A DNA stretch of 60,262 nt, counting the filler, from Basidiobolus ranarum (lineage: Eukaryota), in the NCBI GenBank assembly GCA_040143965.1. It is 14 parts of 14 records of this genome, joined end to end, with 100 filler letters (N's around TTAATTAATTAA, not from the genome) between each part and the next. Parts side by side here need not be neighbours in the genome. Positions count along the whole stretch, not along the records: positions 43,169 to 47,372 come from JASJQH010002071.1; positions 47,473 to 51,670 come from JASJQH010002072.1; positions 51,771 to 55,967 come from JASJQH010002073.1; 11 more parts are not named here. One strand, 5' to 3'. Position numbers and translations under genes: made by a program. This document shows, piece after piece, positions 43,853-56,067 of this stretch (the stretch's first letter is position 1; the number at the start of each line of letters is the position of its first letter). A model generated the notes under the pieces. That model was given only the letters and a program-made list of their open reading frames with translations. It was not told the DNA's origin and did no database searches.

Positions 43853-44260
43853 ATGCAGGAAAGTCAAATACTCTACCGTAACCCACGTCCCCAAGCTTAT
43901 GATTACGATGAATTGCAAGGGGAAGGCTCTGTAGCTACTTCTCGTTCAACTTCCAATATTAGAAATCGGCGGAACTTCGAGGAAACTCAATTCGATGTAT
44001 TCGGTCACATCAAACATAGTAATTATCACAACCTAGGACGTAAAAGCCTACACCGAAGAGAGCCCCATACAAATTCAAGCAGCCCTGTGCGGTTAACCAC
44101 ACGAACAAACGATAATTATAATAACACACTCTCTACTGAATATTCCAGAGTTTTGGTAAATAACAATTCGTTTCCAACCTCTAAGCCCAAATTCGGCGTA
44201 GTTATGGACGTATTTTCGGTCTTAATGATAGTTACTGTAGGATTTGTAATGGTGTTCTAG
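43853..44260 (+). CDS. Small hypothetical protein (or terminal exon) with a C-terminal transmembrane anchor
   Basis: 135-codon frame ending FGVVMDVFSVLMIVTVGFVMVF*; normal CpG content. Confidence 0.45.
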   Translation: MQESQILYRNPRPQAYDYDELQGEGSVATSRSTSNIRNRRNFEETQFDVFGHIKHSNYHNLGRKSLHRREPHTNSSSPVRLTTRTNDNYNNTLSTEYSRVLVNNNSFPTSKPKFGVVMDVFSVLMIVTVGFVMVF

Positions 44261-46152
44261 ACGTACATGGTTCTCAAACTTATATTTTCAAAGCTGTATT
44301 ATTGGAGTTTCTTATTAAAAGTAAAAACATGTTGCCATCTAGGGTGATTTGATAAAACGAAAAGAACAGCGTGATGTAGCTTCTTACTAACCCGAAGGTT
44401 GCCGACATATAACAGAGAGCAAGAAATATCTTGAAGTAACCTTTTAAAGGAGAGTGCATTTTTATTGGTTTACAAATTTATCCATCGTTAATATGGAAAT
44501 CGGTGCTACTTCATTTGTTTTCGATAGAACTCTTGAGTACAAATGAGGTGCTCCAGGAGTAATGTTTCTACGGTGATTAAGACTCCTGTGGTAGCAATGT
44601 TGGGAGTTGATATGCTTTCATAGCTTCCTAAGTTGATTTGGTTAAACATTTGTTTGATCACTTCTCCCTGGGAAACAGAATACACGAATCGATTATCTCA
44701 TTTGAAGAGGGATGAACACTGAGCAGATTCTAGTTTCTCCTAAGGTATATCCAAACTGGTGAGTCTGTCAGCAGTTTCTTGTGTAGCTTCTATAGCTCTA
44801 TTGACCTTGGCGCTTCTAGACAATAGTGACGTGGGGATATCCTGTTACAATTTGCATACCATAAGTTTTTCAAACATAGACCAGTAATTCTGTTGAGGTG
44901 AAAACTTTGATGTAGTCAAGCTTATTGGCAACGGACTTCGCCCAATCCTGCTACATAAGCGTAGTGTAGGTTGTGTCAGTGCACTCGCATCCACCATATC
45001 TACATATTGCTTCAAACATACCGCATTAACCCTTAGTAAGAAGCTTACCTATACGCTACATCGGTAGCTAGTGCCTATCTAGATTGATCTTCTGGGAAGC
45101 CTGTAAGTAGCCATTGATTCTCATCTTAGGGGATCCAATTCCTCTGAATATTCTAAATCAAGTTCGAAATCTTGCAAATGATGCAAAGATACTCATCACA
45201 TTGCTTGAGATCCAGAACTTAGGGATTTTATTAATATCAACTCGGAGAATTCTATGTAGATTAGTCATTATATGTGTGACATACTAAATTTGACTTAACA
45301 AGAAATTGGCTGTTTAGATGATCAAATGACTACTCATTCTTGATTGGTAACGGTAATTACAAAAAATATTCTCTCTAGGCTCTACTAGTAATTGTTGCCG
45401 ACTAATGCCTATGCTTCTCGCATAACGTAAAAGTAGGCCAGCAGGGTTTGCTCTCTAAATGATACCGAGACTGTCCTTTCAACCTTGCTATATCAAACTA
45501 TCTTATGTGTGACATTTTGGTTGTTTACAGCTTGAATTGAATAATCATAGTACACATTTTGTAAGGGTCAAGAATTAAAAGCTGAACTTGATATTTCGAA
45601 GTTTTACATAGTTCCTATTGTTATCCACAGCTGAAATCATTGTGCATCTCAAAAGAGGTTGCAAGGTACTCTCTACTTTAATTCTTCACTCTTACAAGTA
45701 CTTGAGCAACTCATCAAACAGTATTTCAGTGGAATTAAATAAGTATTAGGATATGTGACGGAACTTTCACAGATACCACCAAACCCTGAGCTCAGAATTT
45801 GCTTCATTATGCTGGCTAGAGCAACTTACTTTAAATAAATCATGTTCGATTGTAATGATTGAAGAACACTCCCACACTGCGCATGTTCTTGTATTACCAG
45901 ACACTCTCCCACCATGCTATCGCAACTTTGGCTTGACATTTCAAAAAGGATTGCAAGCACCAAACTACGTTGTATTGTATTAATTAAAGTTTGACAACTC
46001 GGAGATAACAAGCTCAACTTGGCTGAATTCTGGATGACTCTTGTATGTCTTGAACAAACCTTTCAACTTGATAATGGGTAATGTCGGAATACATAATATC
46101 AGGTAGCATGAATGCTGCTAATTGTCTATATCCAGGATTGTGTGCATGCTAG

Positions 46153-46385
46153 TGTTGAAAAGAACATAGCTTGAGCATCTACATCGTTAGTACCCAAATT
46201 TCACTCTGTTATTATTCAATATTGTCATGAGGAATTTACCAAGAATGTGAAGACCAACCTGGAAGTTTGAAAATTATATAATTTTCTTAAACCTGCCCAA
46301 GAGACCCAAAAAGTGGTACACATGTTCCTGGGATCTTCCTGAACATATTCTGCATTTGGTTTATTTACTTGTTGACAAGAACTGA
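46153..46385 (+). repeat. Old, diverged copy of LTR family C
   Basis: Starts TGTTGAAA; contains ACACATGTTCCTGGGATCTTCCTGAACATATTCT versus ACACATGTTCCAGGGACCTTCCTTAACAAATTCT at about 58213. Confidence 0.55.
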
Positions 46386-46489
46386 GCATAAGACCTTGAA
46401 TCAAATGCATGGCAGATTATTAGATGTAGATGTATAAAATTCGGGATGCAAACTATAGAGTCAGGATAGCATTTTGAAAAGAAAAGGAA

Positions 46490-47082
46490 TTTTAAAATAA
46501 GCTTAGCCTAAGCATCTATATAGTTGTATACATCTAGCTATTCCATATTTCATCAAGGTATTCCTGAGACCTTCTTTAACACATTCTACAAGTTAGTTTG
46601 TTTACATCTTGACAAAACTATAAATGTCAACTTTCTACTCAATAAATCAACAAGTAAAAACCACCAGTTTCTCTAATTCTCCAAACCACTTGCAACAGGC
46701 TCCCAAATACTTTAACAGGATATGAGCCCCAAGCTTGCACTCTCTGTAATGTTTACTTCATAAACTTATGGAATTTTCCCTCTTCTGAAAAATTGGATGG
46801 AACCAATTGTCAAGTTTAGAAGATTAAGATAAAAATGCTGCTACAAGAAAAAGACTTTGGGACACTGTTATAGGAGAAGAAAACAATGCAAAATTATCTG
46901 AAACCATAATTTTGCTACATATTAAAAAAGAACAAAGTATCTTTATTTGAATTTGTCTTAATGTCAGAGACAAATTACTAATTAAATGTTCAAGAGCCAA
47001 AACTGCAAAGAAGGTTTGGAAAGCCTTGGAAGACACCTACCAAACATGTTCTGCTGCCAACAGATGTTTCTAAGAAGACAAT
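46490..47082 (+). mobile_element. 5' end of a Ty1/Copia element: LTR C (about 46490-46717), primer-binding site (46718-46729), degenerate gag
   Basis: LTR ends TTTAACA, followed by GGATATGAGCCC (cf. Copia PBS GGTTATGGGCCC); gag-like LWDTVIGE..ICLNVRDKLLIKCSRAKTAKKVWKALEDTYQTCSAANR. Confidence 0.8.
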
Positions 47083-47330
47083 TGTCATGATTCTGAACTT
47101 GGCATACTGATCCACTGCAAATAGAACTCTTCTATTATTAGATTATGACATCATATCTGCTGTGCCATCCCTTCTCAGCAATGTTCTATTTGTTCATCCA
47201 GGTTACCTTATATGGAAGTCATGTTCTTTGGAACATTCCATGACACCTAACCAATCATGTCATCCCACACATAGTGTATTTCCACCATGACCTTCCATGG
47301 AAGGTCACCTGATCATCCTTACATCTGTTG
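47083..47330 (+). repeat. 5' part of LTR family A inserted into the Copia gag
   Basis: TGTCATGATTCTG start; matches the reverse complement of about 860-1103. Confidence 0.8.
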
Positions 47331-47472
47331 AAGTTTATTGTCTTTATCATATTTGTTATCTCTATCTTTATANNNNNNNNNNNNNNNNNNNNNNNNNNNN
47401 NNNNNNNNNNNNNNNNTTAATTAATTAANNNNNNNNNNNNNNNNNNNNNNNNNNNNNNNNNNNNNNNNNNNN

Positions 47473-48206
47473 CTAATTTGTTTATGTAATAATCTGATGG
47501 TATTTCTAGGAAAGCTGCAAGACAGACTTCTTGGTGAGATAGATGGAGATATGCAGTATAATTGTTTTAGCCATGATGTAATCTATTCAAGCAATGACAC
47601 ATCTACTTGTGGCAGGACATTTGTTGACTGCAAGTTGGGGATATATTGGCTGAATTCTTTACAGAAATTTGCTAAAATCTAAGAGCTCATTCTCATTGTG
47701 AATGGTAACAAGAGTCAGCTATTTGCCAAGTATTAGTGCTATTAGAAATTTCAGATGTTTAGCAATTTTTCCATCATTAGTTTGCTGGTACAGCATATTG
47801 ATGTTGTTGAGTTATATCTGATCAGTCAAGTATGTGCATTTGTAGAGACTAAACACCACAAGATTCTTGTATTTTTTGATTCTTATTATGGCTGGAATAC
47901 AAAGTCTAAAATATCTAAATAAAGGCATGAATTTTAATTTAAATTCCTTCTGCAGTAAACCCAGTAATTTGCCATTCAAAAATTACATTGTGTGAAAATT
48001 TCCAGAAATTAATAATGCATGCCAAATATGAGGATCAATATGCTAACATGCATGAATACCATCTGAATACCATCAAGAAACCACCGTCACATCATCAAAA
48101 TCCCTGGCAGAATGCAAGCCACCAATATTGTGATGGTTCTCTGATGGTTTTGCAACTTAGAAGGGTGGATACAATCCAGATCAAATTGATTTTATTTTTG
48201 TTAGGG
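47473..48206 (-). mobile_element. Terminal (putative left) segment of the CACTA-like element with subterminal repeats
   Basis: Homologous to 58380-58730 and to the reverse complement of 59812-60262; all three stop at ..TTTTATTTTTGTT(A)GGG-like ends. Confidence 0.7.
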
Positions 48207-48212
48207 CTATAT

Positions 48213-48440
48213 TAGGGTTATTTCATCAAAACTTTATGATTGGCAATCAATGGTATGAATACTAAATATGAACAATATTTACCCAATTTAGTGGCTGCAA
48301 ATTGTATGCTAATAGTATATGACCTCAGATTTCTTAGATCACTGGCAAAAGTCAAACAACCATTTGGACAGGAAGGAAGTTTAATTACAGAAGGAATATA
48401 AGTCATATGATTGGTAGGTGTTTTCCACTTGTACTAGGTC
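48213..48440 (-). mobile_element. CACTA/EnSpm-like transposase fragment
   Basis: TYIPSVIKLPSCPNGCLTFASDLRNLRS..GKYCSYLVFIPLI fits the CPNxC..Y/F..CxxC..YxPL pattern of EnSpm (Transposase_21-type) proteins. Confidence 0.65.
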
Positions 48441-50703
48441 TGTAGCAAGCAACAGTTACCAAGCAACAGTTATAAGAGTGTAAGAAAGCCAGCAAACACT
48501 TGGATGCCAAGATTGGATTGAAATCTCTATTCCTTTGTATTCAAATGTGCTTCCTTTACTGTAAGTGGTATCAGTGGACTTATGCTTGCCAATAGCAAAG
48601 CAGTAGTACAAGTGAAAAGATTACAATCCCCCAATTATGTAGTATATCATTAGTTGAGCAATGTTCAACAGAAACACTGTCAAGACCATCCACTTCCAAA
48701 ATACTTACTTTGCCAACTATTGAGCACCCATATGTAAATAACTTGGATACAATTATTATAACAAAGGAATATCAGGCCAAGTACCATAATGATTTGTATG
48801 CCATCATAAGTAAATGCTACAAAGTTGCTATTCAGGCCATGACAAGCAAAAATGCAGCAATATTGTAATTAATACAGTGTTGTGAAGCAGCTAGCCATGA
48901 CTTAAAGAGTCACTCACAAATAATACAAGATCTTTGGAATGATATACTTGAGCTACAGCCACATGCTACTCCCTGCATCCATTCTCATATGGGATTTCAA
49001 TCAATCAAACAACATGTATATAAACATCACCATTGGAATCTTGCAGATCAGAATCTGTATAGGACCATTAAGCCTGCACAATAACCCAAAGTTGCTTGGG
49101 CACATGAAGGTGGAAATCTCATGGGAAAACCAGTAGACCTTGAATGCCAGAGCTGCTATCACTTGCTTTGATAATTAATGGTCTACCATTTTGGAAACTG
49201 GGTGGAATCATGCCTATAATGACCTCAATTTAAGCTAATCATGCAAGAACCAAAGGCCAGGGATTACCCAAAAGGTTCTTAATTTGTTTCATTTGGCTTA
49301 TCCTTGTTTTGGCAAGCAAATGGCATATGGGCTAGTATGGGCCTAATCCTATTACATCACAACAATTTTGCAATTATTCACTTGGAGAGGAAAGAAAAGC
49401 AGCTAAAGATATACTCAAGGAGCAGGTAGTTGGTGTGCTCAAGCAAAAAGCAAAGGAACCAGTTTTTAGGCTCTACTGTTCCACTTGTCAAATTCTTCAC
49501 ACCATTACAAAGATCTGTATTACCAGAGTCAGATATACCTGCAAAAAGGTTTGACTTTACCATGTAACCAAGTGCATCAGTTGGAAGCATGCAACAGTTG
49601 GAACTCTTATTAAACACCTGGCACCTCTCAGCAAGCAAAAATTCTAGCAAATATAACCCCTGGCTCTGCATCCTTGACTGGGACTCTTCAAAGTGTAAAC
49701 ATTAGCCCCAAACTTAAAGGCAAGTAAAAAGCCACCTAAACACTCCAAAGAATACTGAGTAGTGTCACAACAGAAGAACATATAAACAGGTAAAAGTGCT
49801 TGAAGAGTATTTTCAAAAGTATGAAGGGAAAATGTGGTGCAAGTATGGAGAAAGAGGCCACAGAAAAAGAACATTCAACTTGACATTCCATCTGGTACAA
49901 AAATGCAGATGTCTGCAAAGAACTTAAAACAGAGTGGTACAATATTTCAGGGTATCCACTAGATAGCAGGAAGAATGCTAATTCAGCAATGTTAATACAA
50001 TGGTGGGCTTTGCTGGAGATATTGATACAAACTTGTGTTGCATATGAGATAACCTTGGGTATACACAATTGTTTAAAAATATTCAGGAGAATATATCAAA
50101 GAAACCAGGGATTTCAAAGGTGACAAATTAGCAATCAAGTGGTAATGTGCAAAATTTGAGTTACATTTTTTGCACATCTGTTGATTCATAGTTTTCTGAG
50201 GTTGTAGGCAATCATGTGCAGCTACTTTGCAAGATCTTGAAATTTTACTCCTCAAACTGAAAAAATTGATCAAAAGCAAATCTAACTTGAAAATTTTATG
50301 ATGGTATGTAAATGGTGTTGGAGGATCTTGACATAAAGGAGGTAGACTTTATGTATTAGAAGCAACTCTTGATAGTGCATCTTAGTTACTTTATACTTAA
50401 GAGTATATGGTGACTTATATAGTAGAAAGTAAATCAATTGTTTGACATATTCAGGAGTTTGTGTAATAAGATAAAGTAGACAAGTGGTGTTAATTGGACA
50501 TACTTGTTATATAGATTTAGAGATATTCCTATTTAGAATATAGGGGCTATTGATACATTGCTTTCTGTTTCTGATATATGTATCATAACCAAAGTTAACT
50601 AAGATGTTGAATAAAGATTAATTATCCAACAAATGGTTAATCCCAAATGGATTAATATTGTGATGGTTTTCTTACAATAGCAACCCTCAAGTTTCTGTGA
50701 GGG
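48440..50703 (+). mobile_element. CACTA-like element: degenerate ORF2 and putative right end, interrupted by a solo LTR
   Basis: Colinear with 56068-57679; both lose homology right after CCTCAA.TTTCTGT.A.GG. Confidence 0.7.
50316..50631 (+). mobile_element. Solo LTR, family B (316 bp), TSD AATGG, nested in the CACTA-like element
   Basis: TGTTGGA...TCCAACA; AATGG at 50311-50315 and 50632-50636; the uninterrupted site is visible at about 57595-57625. Confidence 0.92.
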
Positions 50704-50799
50704 AGTCAAATGAAGATGTAGGTGGTGCAAAGTAGCATGCACCTAGTGATTTACAGATGCCCAGGTATCCATGATGAGTTCTTGCTTGGATAAATGGGA

Positions 50800-51520
50800 G
50801 TTATTGAAAAAACTTGACCAAGCTGTAAGGTTAGTACACCAAGATCTGTCACTTTGAATTTGGCAGATAAGCTAGATTTGGTCTTCTCCAAAGTTCTGAA
50901 GTCAATGGTTGCTAACATAAGGTTATCTACATGTAAGGCTAATAAAATAGGGTTTGTCTGATCTGGTTTGAAATAGATACTATAGTAAACATTACTCTTT
51001 TGGAATTTGAAAGTTTCAAATTCATCTATCTTTCTATTCCAAGTTGTTGCAGATTCTTTTTGCCACAGAGTGTTTGATGGAGTCTGAAAGCTTTTCTAGA
51101 GTTTTTTGGGTCCACAAATCCATCTATCTGGTCCACATACATCTCCTCAGCCAGCAAACAATTCAAAAAAGCTGTTAAAAAATCCATATAATGTATAATA
51201 TATTAATAATTGGCTGATATCACCAAATTCATTCTAGTTGAATTAAACATTGCTCTAGGAGATAGTGTCTGTGAATAATTTAATCTAAGTATTTGGAAAT
51301 TGACTTTGGACCCTAGTCTGGGCTTTCAACTTTCATATAGCCATCAGATTTGTATTTATTTTCAAAAACCCATTGGCAGCTACTTGATTTTATATGATCA
51401 GGTAGGTTCATCAAAATCCAAGTTTGATTTTCAATCAAAGCCTGGTGCTCATCAGCCATTACAGCTCTCCAGAACTTTTTGTGAAGGCCATTCAGGGCCT
51501 TGTTCACAGTCTGGGCTTTA
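50800..51520 (-). mobile_element. Degenerate Copia reverse transcriptase fragments
   Basis: WRAVMADEHQALIENQTWILMNLP..CQWVFENKYKSDG; LLALHVDNLMLA..SSLSAKFKVTDLG. Confidence 0.8.
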
Positions 51521-53511
51521 TATACCTGTATTGTGCAGGCAGAGGCCCAATTTTGGAACTTGTAATTGGGAAAATATGGGCTGTTTGGAGGAACTTTAGA
51601 AAAGTGGAGTTGTGAATAGCTTTGTGAGATAATTGTTTATTGTCCAGAAATTAAACATTTATACTTTTTGNNNNNNNNNNNNNNNNNNNNNNNNNNNNNN
51701 NNNNNNNNNNNNNNTTAATTAATTAANNNNNNNNNNNNNNNNNNNNNNNNNNNNNNNNNNNNNNNNNNNNGGGGGGGCCCGGCCCCCGCCAACCCTTATA
51801 TTGCCCGGTTCCCGCGCCATACCCAAAAACCCCACCCCACCCCCGCGGGGTAACGGGGGGGACCCCTCGCATCCCCAGTGGGGCCACGACTCTACCGGCT
51901 CCCCATATCGAAGGTAGGCCTCCCTCTTTATATCGTATTATATCTTGCATACAGTGGAAGTTACTTCGTATTGCCTCATTATGCTTACTTATTTCACTGG
52001 AAACATAATTTGGATGATAAGAATACGAGTCACCGAATTAATGAAGTACCTCTACCTTTGTAGATATAGAGTAGAATGCCCATATAGTCTATCATGAACA
52101 TGGTTTACTTTTGAGCCTTGATGGTGATAATGGAGGTGTATCAAAGAATCTCTTACTAGAGTATGCATTGTAGCTAAATGACGTCATTCAAATTTTGATG
52201 ACGTAGCTATATCATGGATCTATTTTCTTGTCACAATGAGCTGAGCATAATCAACCAAAGCGTCTAGTGCATTGATATTTACTTGACGCTTCCCACGACA
52301 GAAACAGAGGCAGCCATCCCTTTTTTACTTACTTACTCATTTATATATGAATTAATTCATCATCGCCTTCAAATTGTTTCCCGATTATCAGTCAAATGCT
52401 TTTCTCTTCATACTCAATATATTTGTAGGATGTTGGCATGCCATCAAGTACATTTCAATAGAAGCTGGTCGAGAGCAATTTGAATGGGTTATATGATCAT
52501 AATTACAACTGACCCCAATCAAGAACTAGATATCGTAAATATGTGTATACATAAGGATAGCAATCGCATTTATATGTTAGTGATTTCAGATCATCCCTTA
52601 TGGACTTTGGTCGTTATTGGAGACATGGTTTGTATCATGTTTCTCAGTCTCTCTGCAATCGTTATGGCTAGCAAGTGGAACATGAACCCGACAATTTTCA
52701 TAGTTACAGTAGTAATGTGTATTAAATTCAAGAACAAAATGACTAGCTATTGGGTAAGATAGTCTAGATAACTCATAAATTGACATATTACTTAGTTACT
52801 TACTATGTTCAGGAAATATTTGTCACTTTATCATAATCTTAAGTTTATAGCTGGCTTGGACAAATATTTTCTTGATATATTGAATCCATATGTTTTACCT
52901 AGAATTTTAAGGGAAGATAAATTAATATGCAAACTGTACTATGGTAATGGGTTTATACTTGTTATAAACAGCAAGGCCTACATGTTGAGCACATTGTCAG
53001 TGTTCTAAGTAGTGTTTGTCCCCATGGTAACAATGAGTGCTTAATAGCAATCACTACACAAGTGCTTGATTTCAGAGTTAATATTCTTTGGTTATACAGC
53101 CCAAGCATTGATAACAATGATTACACGTATGAATGTTTGCATCCACTTCATATCTAGGTACAGAGAAGCAAACACGATTCTACCTTCTTTTTGTTTACAA
53201 CAATGAGATCCGAACATAATACAAGGAACGAGAGAACAATGTAAACATATTTGATATTTGATCGTCAACATTGTCTATTGCTACAACGCAACGATACTAT
53301 AAAAGTGGTTGCACATCAGCACCAAAAGTTGAAGGGGGGTGACAAAATGGTAGTGTATAATTTCCAGATCCCTCGAGTTAGATAATGTATTGAGGACGGC
53401 ATTCTATGTACACGATACTTGTGAGCCATTTGTTCCCAAAAACGCTATGTAGCAAAGAAAGGTGTGCAATTCTTCTTAAGGATAAAACTTGGAGAGGGGG
53501 AGGGTAGTTTT

Positions 53512-54897
53512 TCACTTGGAAATTCCCCAGATTTCCAACTCTATGCAGATGAATTTCTGACTAGTTAATGGATCGTTATCAAAAGTGGAGCATCTGCTGG
53601 TTACTCCTTTTTCAAATTGGCTGTCTAACCAGAGGCCATACTTCCCATCGCTAGGATAAAAAAGTGAGAATTCGGCAATAACAAAGTGCAGTACTTTTCG
53701 TGATTTCAATTACCTGGATCCAACGGCAATGAATTCCAAATCACTTAGAATATAATATTCATTCTCTCCTGAGCGCGTGTATACTTTGATATCTGGTTCA
53801 GCTAAGTTAGAGTTTAAAGTTTTCCACAAGAAACTAAATCCAAACATCAGGTTAGAGTAATATTCAACAATCAGTTCAACAACAACATACCATTCTCCAT
53901 TGCCATAAAATCCTGGATGTGGCTGGAAAGGTTCAGAAAGGTAAGCTCCGAATGTTTTGTCCTCATCATCTTTCAGAGCGAGGATGATCGGTCCTTGTTG
54001 ATCTCTTAATTTTTCGTACATCGTAAGAATACTAGCACCATGCTGATCGATACTGTAAAGCAGGTTCCAAGAAGGCTCTAATCTTCGAGCACGAGGAATT
54101 CGTAATCGAAGCTAAATAATCAATTTTATGAAATGAATAATGAAAGTTCTGGGGTGCATGCATCGCACTTACCTCGGAGCCCAATTCTGTAGACAAGACC
54201 GGGGTTGTATCCTCTTCTCTTCCTACAAGTTTGATGGGGGATAACTCCAGAGCCTTCGATAGCGCAATGATATTCTCTGGCGCTGAGTAATCAATAGGGA
54301 ATATCACGGATTTACGCTTTGGTAAAGTTCCATAGCTTTGTGACAAATGTCGGTAGGAATGAAGCTCCGGTTTATTAGGCACTTCGGTGCTAGTGAAGTC
54401 TTCTTCGGTATCTGAGAAAGTTACAATACTTATGAGCGGCGTTTTTGTAACCTCTGTAGCACTAAGGCTTAAACGACGTTCTATTTTAGGGACCATTAGT
54501 GGGCTAGGATTTGCATCCCAACGAGGACAATTTAGCCTCTCGGTGTCTCGAATTGGAGTAGCAGGAGGTGAACAAGCGTTGCACTGGAAACTCCAATATT
54601 CAGTATGTTCTCGTATAGAGTAAAAACAGGCAAAAAAAGAATACAAACCTCAATCGAAGTTAAATTTACTGCTGTTGTAGCAGTATCTGAACCAGGAGGG
54701 AATTCCCATTGCAATTTCCCACCAGCTTTAGGAGTAAGAATCAAGCTTGAAGGTCTCCTTTGTAGTGTAGGAGGCGCAAAATCCAGTACTTGGTGAAAAC
54801 CACCAGTTACGGAGGAGGAATATTCAATTGAGTCAGATTGAGTGCGCCGTGAAGGTACATCGAAAGAAATAGTACGGGGTCTTCTTGTCGTCGCCAT
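53512..54897 (-). CDS. OXR1: TLDc-domain protein (Oxr1-like), multi-exon
   Basis: WNLLYSIDQHGAS..IILALKDDEDKTFGAYLS..FYGNGE/FLWK..SGENEYYI..GKYGLWLD..SRCSTFDNDPL..LEIWG. Confidence 0.88.
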
Positions 54898-56067
54898 AGT
54901 ATACTAATAAACCCAATTTTGGAACAGGATTAACTGCGAGGGGATTGAGAAGTAAAGGGAAGGGCAGTGAATAGTTTGTTAAAAGAACAAATTTTGATGT
55001 CGTCTGAAGATAATACGGGAAGCTGTAAATTAATTAAAGGTGGCAAAGTCTTTTAAAGCCGGTAGTACCGGTTTTTACCCTTTCTATTAGAAATCATGAT
55101 CACAAGCAGTCTGAAGAGGGCAAGTAGTATAGATTTAGATTAATTCTGAATCAAGCATTCAATTCAATTGTAAGTATTATGCTTTTGAAACAATCTGTTG
55201 GCAAACCATATGCAAGGATTATACTAGCAGAAGTGGATGGGTCGTTTGGAATCAATAGGATGCTCAACTGAGATCTGATCTCCCGTTCAAGATGGTCATA
55301 GGCCATTCGCCAGCGCACATGATTAGGGTGAAATTCTCACCTAGATTGGATTCGAATTCAGCTAAGAATTCTTCTGTATTAGGCTTGAGATTCACTCCCA
55401 ACAACAACCACCATCCCGAAGTTAGCTCTGACCTGGTATTATGATGCCTATGGAATTCCCAAAGCAGTCACGCCTGAAAGCACTTCGAACAAACAACCCA
55501 TTTACGCTGGCCACTTCGTCCTGTGTGCTGAACGATGTTCCTCAAGTGGCTCACTGCAGATTTCTAGCTCCCCAAAGCCCACCAATAGAGCAATCCAGAG
55601 CTCATCCCATCATGTGACGCGACCAATAAGCGACGCAATCATTTGCAAGCGGCCTGACTCACCCCATACCCCATTTGCCACTATGTCATGTCAACGTAGC
55701 AGATATACAGGGATCACTGGTCTCGTTAAGAGCGGAATGTCTCACAGCAGGTGGAGACCAAGGTTGACATACTATATTTATCTCTAGACGTCAACGACGA
55801 GACAGACTCCTCTGTCTATCTCCAAGCACGTCATCTGGCATAATGTTAGACACCGTTTCATCCATGGTTCAACTAGTAAGAATGGGAAGAGAAAATTCGA
55901 ACCTGTGCTTTATGTGATGTTTCATATATTGACTGGGGAAATCTGGTGGAATACTAACCCGCCACTGNNNNNNNNNNNNNNNNNNNNNNNNNNNNNNNNN
56001 NNNNNNNNNNNTTAATTAATTAANNNNNNNNNNNNNNNNNNNNNNNNNNNNNNNNNNNNNNNNNNNN

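Noticed and set aside
44460-46020. Possible exons or pseudogene on the minus strand (normal CpG, some GT-AG signals)
   Set aside because: I could not assemble a consistent frame or recognise a product.
51771-51900. Abrupt GC-rich, homopolymer-laden stretch at a contig start
   Set aside because: Looks like a low-quality read end; no recognisable RNA or protein.
55890-55967. GGTTCGAA T-loop-like motif on the minus strand (also a weak one near 41980)
   Set aside because: No acceptor, D or anticodon stems could be formed; no tRNA supported anywhere in the window.
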